DNA of 64,000 bases, taken from contig OZ037767.1 of assembly GCA_964035545.1 (NCBI GenBank), positions 18,630,259-18,694,258 of the forward strand. The letters run 5' to 3'. Both the position numbers and the translations under genes were made by a program. The stretch comes from Bugula neritina. Lineage: Eukaryota > Animalia > Bryozoa. Shown one piece after another: positions 12,701 through 23,642 of this stretch (its first letter is position 1; each line of letters opens with the position of its first letter). The notes beneath the pieces were generated by a model. The model was given only the letters and a program-made list of their open reading frames with translations, was not told the origin of the DNA and did no database searches.

Positions 12701-13081
12701 GTGCTGTCTGCCTCTCTGGTCTTTTTGAATTATTCCGGTCTAGTAATGTTCTAACATTCCATTCTGCTAGTCTCAGAACTTTTCTGAACTTTCCATTGCG
12801 TCCTAGCTGACTTTTCACTGGCTGCCGGAGCGAGAGCAGACCAGCGAGAAACCTTGTTAACCCGGGCGACGTTCGTGCCGGTATCAAATACTGTTTCCAT
12901 TGTCATAGTCCATAAAACTGCATGCGAAGTGGTTAAGTGAACTTGGCTTTCGCGTTACCATGTTCTCTCTCTCGGCAGGGTGTAAATGGGATCTAGCGGC
13001 AAGAACAGGTCAAGACATGCTAGCATTTACAACCTGCTGCAGTGGCTGGCCGTTATACACGTTTGTCTGTACACGCCCTTG
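9715..13081 (-). mobile_element. Full-length RTE-clade non-LTR retrotransposon (LINE)
   Basis: 11-bp TSD AGTTAATTAGT at 9704-9714 and 13082-13092; (GA)n 3' tail; one long ORF and no ORF1. Confidence 0.92.
9756..12887 (-). CDS. LINE APE-endonuclease + reverse transcriptase ORF (1043 aa)
   Basis: APE motifs WNVRTL, LCETR, GDFNA, STDH; RT motifs GVKQGCILAPTLF, LFADD, YLGS; no stops; starts at TTG. Confidence 0.95.
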   Translation of the reverse strand: MIPARTSPGLTRFLAGLLSLRQPVKSQLGRNGKFRKVLRLAEWNVRTLLDRNNSKRPERQTALVAKELGRYDIDIAALCETRLALNDSLVDNGYTFFWSGKGEEERRESGVGFAIRNTIMPYLEQEPTAISDRIISMRLPLKKNHYVTIVSAYAPTMTNTEEKKEEFYNKLRETVKNISITDKLIIAGDFNARVGCEAQNWPGVIGNQGIGKCNTNGELLLAFCSEYQLVITNTVFKHRQHHKVTWMHPHSQHWHLLDYVITRRKDQHDVLGTRAMRGADCSTDHIMIRSKLAFALRKAKNKTRGNSACKLNVGKPQNQDMLQEFQKQMDKAMDYRDDDGVTLEERWERLKISAFNTATKVLGKAERKHQDWFDDNDAKLNALLNERNKAKSKALQRRTRSSTDRLAQARSKLQKYTRGKESQWWEEKAKSLQQAADKNNMKAFYNGLREVYGPQNRGIAQLLDQSGKTVLTAKNDTLKRFAQHFDLLLNVPGEVDQEALNSLKNMPPKLSLDDMPSFDELLDAIDATKENKSPGEFGIPAEVWKYGGIRLKERLYDLIAYIWSNEKMPQNWKNANIMPIFKKGSRKDCGNYRGISLLSIAGKIMARIILNKINVNTTPGILPETQCGFRNSRSTIDMIFSFRQIQEKCAEQNMELYAVFIDFTKAFDTVSRDGLWRVLKKFGLTEKVTNLIKALHAGMQAKVVQGRDASNEFAVTNGVKQGCILAPTLFSLYLTAMLEVAFQNVNEGIYIQTRHGADLFDVAQFKSKTRTTKHLVREMLFADDSALVAHCAADMQVLVNNFAKAAAQFSLKINIKKTECMYQPIKLIHPPLEPEVVMIDQEPVVLASDFTYLGSTVSCTAKIDKELRNRLGKASAAYGKLQQRLWNNRHVSIRVKCKVYRAVVLSSLLYGAETWTIYRTQVKKLSAFMMRQLRDIMAVKWYDKVTNEEILRRANLPSMADILIEKNLRWLGHVHRMEHSRLPRQLLYSQLKEGKRNTGRPRLRLKDVAKRNMKWRAINLSSWQQTADNRAVWRAATKSKLNP

Positions 13082-13188
13082 AGTTAATTAGTATTACCAT
13101 GATAATTAATTTACAAAAAATAGGTTAAATTTTTATCTGACAATCAGTTTCACTATCACTGTTAATGAGTCACTGTATCAGTATCACT

Positions 13189-14366
13189 GGGGACGGGGCA
13201 ATATTCCGAAGGTGCATTGCTCCGAAGGCCCATTGTTCCGAAGGTGCATTAGTGCGAAGGTGCATTAGTCCGAAAATTAGTAGAATTATTATTAGAATTA
13301 AAATTATTTATTGAACATTTCAAAAAGTTGCTTTGAGCAGCAGGAAAATCTACAACATGGTTTTTAAATTTTAGTTTAGGTGAGGTTTTATTTGGCAGGA
13401 CTGAATTATTATATTCTAATAATGTTGCCCTTATCTACATATCTTGTGGAGTTGTTTGGTTTGGTGTATAGTGTGCAGCTTTGGTTATTTAATTTTAGAG
13501 TAGCTTCCAAGATGTTTTTTTTTTTCTTCAATGCTTGTATTTACTGATATTAAGAATAATAGCATAGAATAATGCAGTTTAGCAGCTTACAGATAATTTT
13601 AGAGATTAAATGTGATATCAAATAATTAACTGCCAAGCCAGAAATTTGCTATTTCATTCAATACCAATAATTTTTTGACGCCAACTTCAAATGCAAATTA
13701 TTTTTTATAAACTATGAGGTAAACTTTTACCAAGCTCATCATAAATACAGTATAGTAGACCCCAAATGTTTGATTGGCTTTAATATTTTTACTTAAGTTT
13801 TTCAGTTAATAGTCAACATATGAAAGGCCTATATAAGCTGACTGACTGTAGCTAGAATAGAGTTGCAGTCACTATAACCATTGAATTAGATATTTTGAGT
13901 TCATTGCCTATAGCTGTCGTTTTTATATGAACTGTGAAATAAAAATACTTATTAAATCACCCTTGCACAACACTTCATACTTCAGCACTTGAAGATGAGG
14001 AGAAACTAATGCATAAATTACCAATTACAGGCTTGCTAGCTGACAGGCTAGTGAATAGCTTGCTGTGTACTTAGTTTATGGAGCAGCCACAATGGAATGT
14101 TGATAAATGGTGCAGCCTTTAATTGAGGCAGGGTCATAGCGTAATCTAAGGCTAAAAAATTATAAGTAAGCCACATGCATGCCACCCACAGCTCGCAATA
14201 AGATAGCAAGATTGTGAGTGAAATTTATAATATTCTCAGTGATATAATACTATCTCTACTAATTTTCGGACTAATGCACCTTCGGACCAATGCACCTTCG
14301 GAATAATGGACCTTCGGAGCAATGGGCCTTCGGAGCAATGGGCCTTCGGAATATTGACTAGTCACC
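13189..14366. mobile_element. Non-autonomous TIR element (foldback/MITE) with 17-bp tandem units inside the TIRs
   Basis: Left GGGGACGGGGCAATATTCCGAAGG..., right ...CCTTCGGAATATTGACTAGTCACC; repeated CCGAAGGTGCATT units; 8-bp TSD GTATCACT at 13181-13188 and 14367-14374. Confidence 0.85.
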
Positions 14367-14737
14367 GTATCACTATGGCTCTGATAATGATTATCACTAT
14401 GAGTATGAGTAATCAGTAAAGAGTAATGACTAAGTCTAAGACTAATAGTAATACTAATAGTAATAGTAAATGTAATGAATACAACTATAAGTATAAGTAT
14501 AATAATAAATATATGAGTATGACTACCACTCATAATCATAGCCATTAGTGATACTGATAGTGATATTCATAATGATAATCACAATCACAATGACAAATAG
14601 TAATACAATCACTATTGACTATGGCAATGACAACCAATATGAATATGAATAATAATATCATAACGTCAACGATTACCATAATGATAATCATAATGATAAT
14701 GATAATGGAATTCAAAACATCAGTGAGTACAGGTTAC

Positions 14738-14785
14738 CTCAGTGAGTGAGTAGCTATGTGGAATAATATTAAACTAACGCATCAC
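14738..14785 (-). other. Probable signal-peptide exon of A2 (CVSLILFHIATHSLR), no in-frame ATG found
   Basis: Phase-2 donor AG|GTAACC matches the phase of exon 8910, and the peptide resembles the A1 signal end (QLILVLAVSHLSAR). An in-frame TGA precedes it and the adjacent ATG is out of frame. Confidence 0.45.
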
Positions 14786-15168
14786 CTATTGTAAACGCAC
14801 TGTCGCTAGTGTAAAGGCATATTTCAATAAACTAAAAATTTTCTTGCTACAAACGGTTGTCAACTTTACCAAGAGGGGTTATGATTATAGCAACAAAATA
14901 ATAATATTATAGCGAAAATGCTTATAACTACAATTAATATAGCGAGCAATGCTTTTTTAAGGGATTCCTTTTAGGAGCAAAGGCTAGATAGATAGATATA
15001 ATTTTTGGAGCAGCGAGACTTTGTCGAAAGTATGATCAAATGCGCCATGTGGAAACTTCCATTGGAAAGTTTTGGAAATTCCAAATGAGTGCATGATGTT
15101 ACCGTGTACGTATTTGGAATTTCCAAAACTTTCCAATGGAAATTTCCACATGGCGCATTTGATAATAC

Positions 15169-15432
15169 TGTAGTAATTCGTGCAATTACTGTGCGTGAGT
15201 TCCTAGCTTGTAATTATAGTCTATTTATCCACATCAATAACGTATTTAAGTAAGATTCAACGAGGTTTATTTACTACTAAGTATATTGAAAGATACAAAA
15301 AGTACACAGATTAAAAACACTACATCTTTACTCGTTTAGTACGCTCTCTCTACTACTCTTTACATCGCTGGGGGTTATCACATGACGCACTCTTATTGGC
15401 TAAGGGGACGCGCATATTACGTACTCACTACA
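15169..15432 (-). repeat. 3' LTR
   Basis: Direct repeat of 22479-22742; preceded on the minus strand by a G-rich PPT (15433-15444). Confidence 0.95.
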
Positions 15433-15792
15433 CCGCCCCCCCCCAGCAGAAAGCCCTACTTTCTGATAACACAGATACAATTAGTACTAAGACAAAAAAA
15501 CATTACAAAAAACTATAAGACTGAGAGAGCGTGTGGCACATAAAAGAAAGAACATAACTATATACAATAATAAAGAAAATAGAAAAAAATATATAACAGT
15601 ATAAACACACACTATGACACTGACGGGAGAGGCACTTATAAGTGAATAGTCCATAGAGTTAGAGGCGCATACTTGTAGGTTACCATATGATTGTCACACT
15701 GAGGAATTGTTCGTTAGCACCGGTATGAGCAAGGTTTGAGAGGGGACACCACCCGCGGTATCATCACGAGTAGGGAGTTTGGGATGTCGTCT

Positions 15793-16886
15793 TCAAGCGC
15801 TCCCTTTCATTTGGGCTACAGAGGCGGAGAGGGCCCGGAGTTCAGATGCGGCGGCAGAGATTCTCGGTGCCAGCCGTTGCACTTCTTTCTCTAGTTCTCG
15901 TATCCGCTCTTCTGCTTCTCCTAGATTCCGGGCGGAGGCAGAGTGTCGGTTGGGAGACGAAGATGGCCAACGCCGTTTACGAGAAGGCCTTGGGGAGATG
16001 GGGGGGAGAGGGACGCCATCGCTGTGGTATTTCGATGCGTCGTAGTACGACTCTGGGTATGGAATCGGGGCGGGACACTGTGCGTGCGGGGGGGGGGTGA
16101 TGGACGGGGTAAGTGTGGTCTTCTGTATCCGGGTGGTTTAGGGCAGGGTCCTTGTGTGATGGCCCTGGGTGCGGGGAACCCCTGACGCAGCCGTTCGTAG
16201 CGAGTCGGGTCTGATATAAATGGTCGGATGAGATCAAGGAATTGTGGGAAGGAGGGTTCGTCGACTTCGAAAAGATGTCCAACATGGCATCCCATGGTCC
16301 GCTGATGACGGAGGATGTAGTCCCTGTGGTAACTATATTCACCACAGGGACAAAAGGTGGTGAAATAATGTTGGGGAACGTGAACTCGAAGTCTTCGTGG
16401 AGTGGTGAAATGAAGCTGGCATAAACGGCAGGTGGTGCATTGGTCATCGCCCTTGTATTCTCGAATAAGTGCTTCTGTGTCTGAGGTAACCCAACATGAC
16501 TGGTGTAAGAGTGCTTCCGGAAGTGTAGTGGGAACGGGTTCCTCGTTCCAAGCCATTTCCAATGGCGGCATGTCACTAGGGAGAGGAGAGAGAGTGGTAT
16601 CTAAAAGAGCAGAATTACTGTTAGATCGAGTGTGATCTTTACACCATAATTCTGATGACAACCGACTGTTACTAGTCTGAGAGTCATACATCTTTTTAGA
16701 TGGCACTCGAGAGACTGAGTCGTGTCGTGTAGACTGACAGAGAGACATAGTGTCAAGCTCCAGATCTAGTAGATCGTCGGCCATTGTTATGTTCTCGTCG
16801 CCTTTCACGTAGGACTCAGTCCCCAGTAGTCGTGATTCAATCAGGGCGATTAAATCAGAACTGACTGATGGTAGACTTGCTTCCAT
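15793..16886 (-). CDS. Gypsy accessory ORF3: two C2H2-like zinc fingers, basic patch and coiled coil (apparently frameshifted at two G runs)
   Basis: ORF 16886-15921 contains CRLC-x12-HVPQH and CPC-x12-HQRTMGCH. After the poly-G runs at ~16088-16097 and ~16000-16006 another frame reads PSRKRR...LGEAEERIRELEKEVQRLAPRISAAASELRALSASVAQMKGSA* (stop at 15793-15795). Confidence 0.6.
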
Positions 16887-16951
16887 GAGTGGAAATGTTA
16901 GGTCAGAGCAAGCTTACCTGAGAACCCGGTATTTGTAATCATACTCAGCGT

Positions 16952-19900
16952 TCAAGCTTGGATGTCCGTGGATTGAGTTTGGATGCGTCTGCCCTTGACA
17001 ACGTCAGCGTAGGAAAAGACTGGGCAGCGTGGTTGTTGCGCACGTCTGGAACTATTTGCCCCGGGCGTAGTAGTTTTGTTTGCTACTTCGCCTTCGCAAA
17101 AGTTGAGATTTCCGTGGTGTTCACAACTCCCACGCTTTGTTGCCAGTCCTTCCGTACGGCGCCCAGCTGGACTTTCGTAACTGCCGTTTGCAACACGGTC
17201 ACATACGAAGTCTTTCAGGTATGCTGGGGGTTGTCTAGTACGCTGTCCCCGTTCCAGGGGAGGTGACGCATTAGCTGGAGAGGGGGTTGTAGTTGTTGGT
17301 TGGGGCGGTGTACTCACTGGTGGGCTATTTTGCTCCACCTGTGGTGTTTCTGGCCCGTCGTTGATGATGGCATTTCCCTCTCCGCTGTTGTCTCCGGATG
17401 GAGCCCCTCCCACGGGGGGGTTTTGCACTTCCGGACGCGGATGCGGATCCGGAAGTGGTGGGGGTAGACTTGGTACTGGGGGCGGTGGGCGCACTTCCGT
17501 TGGTGGGAGTGGCGTTTCCTGCCTCACCAAGTCCTCCTCCCGCGGCACAACCACTTCGTATTCTGGCCCATGCCGTTGCCGCCCGCGCGTTGCTGTCTGC
17601 CTCCTGGGCTCCAACAACGGGGGGGGGGGGGCTGCTCCTGCCGCTCCTGGGCTAGCCCAATACGGTTTCAAGCGGGCTTCATTCTGGACAGAGACCTGTC
17701 CAGATCGCTCCAACTTGTACGTATGATTGGGCATCGCCTCAACTACTACGTAGGGTCCCACGAACTTAGGCTGGAGCTTAGCCGCTTGTCCTCGACGCCT
17801 ACGGTAGTTGATCATCCACACCCAGTCCCCAGTTTGATAGAGGGGAGGTTCCTGAGAGTTCTCCTGCCGTACCTACCACTGCTTTGCTCGCAGTATTTCG
17901 TGTGCGGCCCTCAGGTCCTCTATCAATTTACTGGCATACTCGTGGATAGTATAGTCTTGCTCCGGGATGTGGTATGTGAGGTGGTCAGGCACTCGCGTCT
18001 CTCGACCAAGCATCAGGAGGTTAGGGGTTTCCCTCGTACTGGTGTGTGGTGTACTACGGTAGGCCCGCATGACTTGCGGTAGTACCGTATCCCATTCCTC
18101 CTGACCCCGGCCGAGGAGCAGACTGCGCAGTGCATCGCCCAACATGCGGTTGTTGCGTTCCACCACCCCGTTGCCCTGAGGATGGTATGGGGTGGTCCTG
18201 CTTTGGTTTACTCCCCAGAGGCGGCAGAGGTCGCTCAACAGTTGAGACTGGAATTGAGCCCCCTGGTCCGAATGTATCTGCTCGGGTAGTCCGAGGTAGC
18301 AGAATACATTTTGGTCTAGCACCCTGGCCACCGTGGGGGCGGACGCATCTGGAATAGCCAGGGCGTCCGCCCACCGTGTAAAGTGGTCGGTTAATACTAG
18401 TATCCAACTGTTTCCTCTGGGGGTGACGGGCATGGGTCCGACTAGGTCGACAGCTACCACCTGCCATGGCCTCCCAGCATATAGCCTACGCCGTCCCGCT
18501 TCGCCAGGGAGACGGCCATGCTTGCTGGCCTGGCAGATTTCGCATTGTTTGACTCTACGCCGTACCTCACGCTCCATGCCAGGCCAGTACCACCGGAGCT
18601 GTAACTTGGAGAGCACCCTGCTTACCCCGGCGTGGGCCTGTTTGTGGGTGTCCCATACTAACTCCCGGCGTATGGCGGCTGGGCAGATCACCCGCTTTCT
18701 TCCGTACTGGCTGTTGTAGGCGGCCACTGTGATGGTCAGCAGACCATCTGGCCTGATCCGCAGGGAGTCCCAACGTTGGCAGTACGACCGTAACTCGGTG
18801 CATCCTTGCCGCAGCTGTTCTTCACTGGGTCGTCGCCCCTCCTTTTTGGCTCGATATACGTCGGCTACTACTCCGGGGAGGTCCTCCTGGAGTCTTCGTA
18901 GCTCCCTGACGTTATCAGCCAAGACAGGATTGGCACGGAGGCGTTGGATAGCCTCCGGGGGCGTAGTGGCCTTCTGTAGGAGTTGACCCTGGTCCCAGTC
19001 ATACTCCGTTTCAGGGTGGTTCAATGCCCTCAACTCGGATTTTGGGGGACCTCCACCCCTCTTCTCAATGTTGAGGCACTGTTTGCACCCCTCGTCCGGT
19101 CGCCGGCTCAGTCCATCAGCATTGCCGTGTTTCTTACCGGGCCGATGCTCAATCCGGTAAGAGAACTCGGCCAGGACTTCGAGCCATCGGGCGATTTGGC
19201 TGGACGGTTCTGCTCTCTTGCATAACCAAATCAAGGAGGCGTGGTCGGTCCGCAAGCGGAACTTCCTGCTGTATAGATAAGGTCTGAAATGCTTCACCGA
19301 CTTGATTACTGCCAGCAGTTCCTTTCGGGTAGTGCAGTAATTTCGTTCAGTGAGTGAGAGAGACTTACTGTAATAGGCCACGACCACTTCGCGGCCCTCC
19401 TGCACCTGGGACAGCACAGCGCCGACATTTTGGTCATTGGCGTCGGTATCTAGGATGTACTCCAGGGCAGGGTCTGGATAGGCTAAGATAGGGGCCTCTA
19501 GCAGGCGGCCCTTGAGGCAGTCGAACGCTCTCTGTTCGACGGGAGTCCACTGCCAGGTCACCCCCTTTGCGGTGAGCCGGTTTAACGGCTGCGCCACCCT
19601 CGCAAAGTCTGGTATGTATTGCCTGTAATACCCTACCAGCCCCAGGAAGGCCCGTAGTCCGGTCAAATCCTGGGGGTTTGCCCAATCTTCTATAGCTCGT
19701 ACCTTTTCAGGGTCCGTCGCCACACCGTGACGGCCGACGACGTGCCCCAGGTACTTCACCTCTGGCTGCAAGAGAGCGCACTTGGAGGGTTTGAGCTTCA
19801 GATTGACACCTCGGAGTCGATCGAAGACCTCCCGCAGACGGCTGATGTGTGTTTGAAAGTCTGGGGAGATCACGATGACGTCGTCGAGGTATACCAGCAG

Positions 19901-22416
19901 TGTCTTCCAGTGGAGTCCACTGAGGACCTGTTCCATGAGCTTCTGGAACGTGGCGGGGGCAGAAGTCAGTCCAAAGGGGAGGACTTTCCACTTCCATAAG
20001 CCGTCCCGCGTGATGAACGCCGCCTTCTCCTGGGCGTCAGGGCTGAGGGGGACCTGCCAATAGCCGCTCAACAAGTCTAGCGTACCGAAGTACTTGCTGC
20101 CGACTAAGGCGTCCAGAGATTCGTCGATCCTGGGTAAGGGGTAGGCGTCCTGTATGGTCACGCTATTGAGCTTGTGATAATCCACACAGGACCGCCAACT
20201 GCCGTCTTTCTTTCGGACCAGTACGACCGGGGAGCTCCACGCACTATGTGCTGGCTCGATGAGGCCGCGGTCCAAAAGATCCCGGACTTGTTGGCTGACC
20301 TCCTTTTCCTTCTCGGGTCCCAGCCTCCTAGTGGGCTGTCGAATAGGGGTAGTCCCCGCAGCTAGCGGTATCTCATGACGGACGGCCGTGGTCAGGCCGA
20401 CGTCATGGTCCCCGCTGCTGAACACGTCGCTATAATCACGTAGCAACTGAGCCATGGCCTGGCGTTCCACATTGCCCGTGCAGCCGTCACACGCTGCCTG
20501 GTATAGCTCTTTGACGTGTGGTGGGACGGTCCCCCGCCTAACTGACGGGCTCTGTTGGGGACCTTCCGTCGCAGCTCCCAGCGACGGCCCTATATCTTCC
20601 TCCTGGATGGAGTGGAAGCGGCCCAGCATGGATCCTGACGGTAATTGTACCGCTTCGGAGAAGGGGTTGACACACTGCACCAAGATCTCTCCTCGGTCAG
20701 TCAGCCGGTTAAGACTGCTGGCGAGTTGGATTCTTGTGTGCGCACCTTCGACAACCCCTAACCCCGAGAGTTGGCTATTGTTCACTCTGCAGTGAACGGT
20801 AGCCCGGGAGCGGCCGGGTATAGTACAGTTCCGTACTACCTGCACGCCTCCCGCTAGGGGACGACCGAACTTGTCGACACAGGCGAGCTCCCTGCCGCCC
20901 ATTAGCATGGCTGACTTGCTAAAGTCAATATGGCACCCGTGTCTCTTCAAGAACGGCATCCCCAGTGTGGCATCCTCTTCAAGTTGGCTGATGACGAAGG
21001 TTTCCTGGATGGCCTGGTCGCGGACGCGCCCAGTCAGTTCTATGATACCGTAGAAAGGAATCCGTGACCCGTCAGCTAGGGTGCCCGGTTCCCCGGTATA
21101 GGGAGCTAAGGCTCCCCTCTCCCTAGGGGGGAGGGTGTCAAAGACCCGATGGCTGAGGAGATTAGTGGTACACCCGGAGTCTAACAGAAAGGTGACAGCT
21201 TTGCCAGCCACCTTCCCTGGCAAGAAGTAGCTACCTCCGTGAGGTTGTACCCGTACTCCCCCAGCGTGCTCGGTCTGGGCCGAACGGGGCTGTGCCCGTT
21301 TGTTCCGCGGTTTGCGGGGCCGGTGAGAGTTTCCTTGCGGGGGGGTGTTTTGATCCCCCCTGATGCCCTGAGGGGCCTCGCTGGTCAGCTCCATTTCTGG
21401 TAGCGGACCGAAGCGGTTGGTGAGAGGTAGAGAGAAGGGGTCTCGTGGTCGACCCGGTTGGCTGGTTCGGCGGGGTGTTTGCCACTGATGGGGGGCGTGC
21501 CGCTGGGCCCGTACGGGCTCCTGGCGACATCCACCCCGTTTTCCTCTCGGTTTGGGTCCGCGGAGCTCTGGAGGTCTCCGGGGAGGTTGGGGTTTCTGCT
21601 GCCGTTTGAGTCGTGGGCAGCTTGGGCGGCGATGTCCGTTGATGCCGCATTCCCAGCATTGTATAGTGGGTCTGGGGGGTTTTGCTGCTGGTCTCTTATA
21701 CTTCCTGGAGTTGTTGTATGTTATGGTTGCCACCAATTGTCCCAGTTTAGTCATCAAGCGGTCAACCTCCATCTCTATAGGGGGGCTAGTGGTAGCGGCA
21801 GTTGTTCGGACCGGGTGGTCTGGCTCTCTAGAGGTGCGCGGAGTAGTCACCTCCGTCTTGTAGAGCTGCTCGGCCCCAACGTAGGCCTTGTTTTCTTGAA
21901 TTGCGGCCTCGATCGTGGTTACTCCCTTTGCTTGTAACTGGTGGTGGAAGTCCAAAGAGTTGAGGGAGTGTACAAAAGCTTCGAATGTAGGCTATAGCGC
22001 CGTCTGTGTGTTTCTGGCAGATCGCTATACGCGGTCCGTGCCAGTCTCTGCACCAGAGTAGCGTGATCAGGAAGCGGTGTACATGTTTTGCGGAGCATTC
22101 CTTGCAGCCTGGACTTGGCGACGGCAACGGGTATGCCAAAACGGGCCCGTAGCGTAGCAATGATCCCGTCTACGCTAGACCCCCACCCGTACGGCTTGGC
22201 TTCTTCCGTCAGTGCCATTCGTAGTTTCATCAGGGTTACTCTTGGCGGCCATCTTGTAATGGCTGCAACTTCACGGAACTCCTGAATGAACTGTTCAACA
22301 TCTTCAAGGCCCGTGAATACGGGAGCCTCTAATGTATTCCTATACGCCTCCTCTCCGAGAGGGTCTATGATAATGTTTCGCTCACCTTCTTCAGTTGAAG
22401 CTACACTTCCGGCCAT
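16952..22416 (-). pseudogene. Gypsy gag-pol polyprotein with one frameshift and one premature stop
   Basis: The gag start at 22416 shifts frame near 21990 into ORF 21955-17873, which has the CCHC knuckle CWECGINGHRRPSC, protease LLDSG, RT YLDD, RNase H and integrase HHCC/DDE. A TAG at 17873-17875 separates the in-frame integrase C-terminus (KLQPKFVGPY, 17821-16952). Confidence 0.92.
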
Positions 22417-22458
22417 GATGTTCTAATACTTTCCCATTGTCTTTATATAGTAGCTAGT

Positions 22459-22477
22459 AATCCCACCGCTGCCACCA
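22459..22477 (-). other. Primer-binding site complementary to the tRNA-Leu 3' end
   Basis: Minus-strand TGGTGGCAGCGGTGGGATT starts 1 nt after the 5' LTR. Confidence 0.85.
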
Positions 22478-22478
22478 C

Positions 22479-22742
22479 TGTAGTAATTCGTGCAATTACT
22501 GTGCGTGAGTTCCTAGCTTGTAATTATAGTCTATTTATCCACATCAATAAAGTATTTAAGTAAGATTCAACGAGGTTTATTTACTACTAAGTATATTGAA
22601 AGATACAAAAAGTACACAGATTGAAAACAATACATCTTTACTCATTTAGTACGCTCTCTCTACTACTCTTTACATCGCTGGGGGTTATCACATGACGCAC
22701 TCTTATTGGCTAAGGGGACGCGCGTATTACGTACTCACTACA
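22479..22742 (-). repeat. 5' LTR
   Basis: Direct repeat of 15169-15432, followed by the PBS. Confidence 0.95.
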
Positions 22743-23546
22743 ATACTTTCGACAAAGTCTCGCTGCTCCAAAAATAGAATTGGGGTAAGTTATTTGCGTT
22801 TTACACCAAATCACGACGTACCAAAATATTGACGTAATTTCTTTGTTTCAATTATTTTCTTAGTGTATAAAAGTTACATAGTTTTAGCCTGATATAGAAT
22901 GGCATACAAAGAGAGTTAGGAAAAGTTCTAAAGCTAACACACCATTCATACTATATCAAATGTAATATTTAGTCACTTGTAGCCATAGGGCTATACACTA
23001 CTAGCTTATATTAACTGTTTACTTATATATCAGTTACAAAATTTGCATTTGAAATTTTTGGTAGACTTCGAAAAGCAAATATTATGGTTCTAGAAAGTAT
23101 AATTTATTATTCTTGATTGAAATAAAATAACATACAATCTATAAGTATCGAAATGTTTATATTATAGCGCACGCAGTAAGGAAGCATCCAAAGTTTAGGT
23201 TAGAGCACATGGGCCAGTAATTAGAATAAGAGACTATTGGTGACCATGTTAGTAAGCTAGAGTATTCAGTGCTGGCCATACTTGTGCAATTTACATTTGT
23301 GTAGGAGACTTGAACTCAACTTAAATGAGACATTGCACTGGGCATACATATATCAGTTTTATTTTAATCAAACAACTATATATTTTTATGATTGAATAGC
23401 ACAGAAATATAAATGATTGTTTGTTGTCCCTAATACTACATAAAAACATAAATATGATTTAATAATAAAACAACACACAGTTAAACAAACCAGAATTTTT
23501 TTGAACTAAAACTAAAATAATGAAATGGATATGGAGGAGAGTTATT

Positions 23547-23549
<3 letters not shown>

Positions 23550-23627
<78 letters not shown>

Positions 23628-23642
23628 TATGTATATATATAT
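23550..23642. repeat. (TA)n microsatellite
   Basis: Directly visible. Confidence 0.95.

Larger units (their letters stand above)
15169..22742 (-). mobile_element. Full-length Ty3/gypsy LTR retrotransposon
   Basis: 264-bp TG...CA LTRs at 15169-15432 and 22479-22742 (about 5 mismatches by eye); 4-bp TSD ATAC; PBS and PPT present; domain order gag-PR-RT-RH-IN. Confidence 0.97.
15001..22775. mobile_element. ~200-bp palindromic foldback element (15001-15168 + 22747-22775) split by the gypsy insertion
   Basis: The arm ATTTTTGGAGCAGCGAGACTTTGTCGAAAGTAT...GGAAATTCCAAAT is mirrored at 15112-15168 and continues after the LTR element as TTTCGACAAAGTCTCGCTGCTCCAAAAAT. Confidence 0.88.

Noticed and set aside
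14225-14545. 106-aa hydrophobic ORF (also 7348-7575 and 37051-37317)
   Set aside because: Derived from degenerate 5-6-bp simple repeats and TIR sequence.
15779-22285. Numerous plus-strand and alternative-frame ORFs within the gypsy element
   Set aside because: GC-rich shadows of gag-pol/ORF3 with no recognisable motifs.
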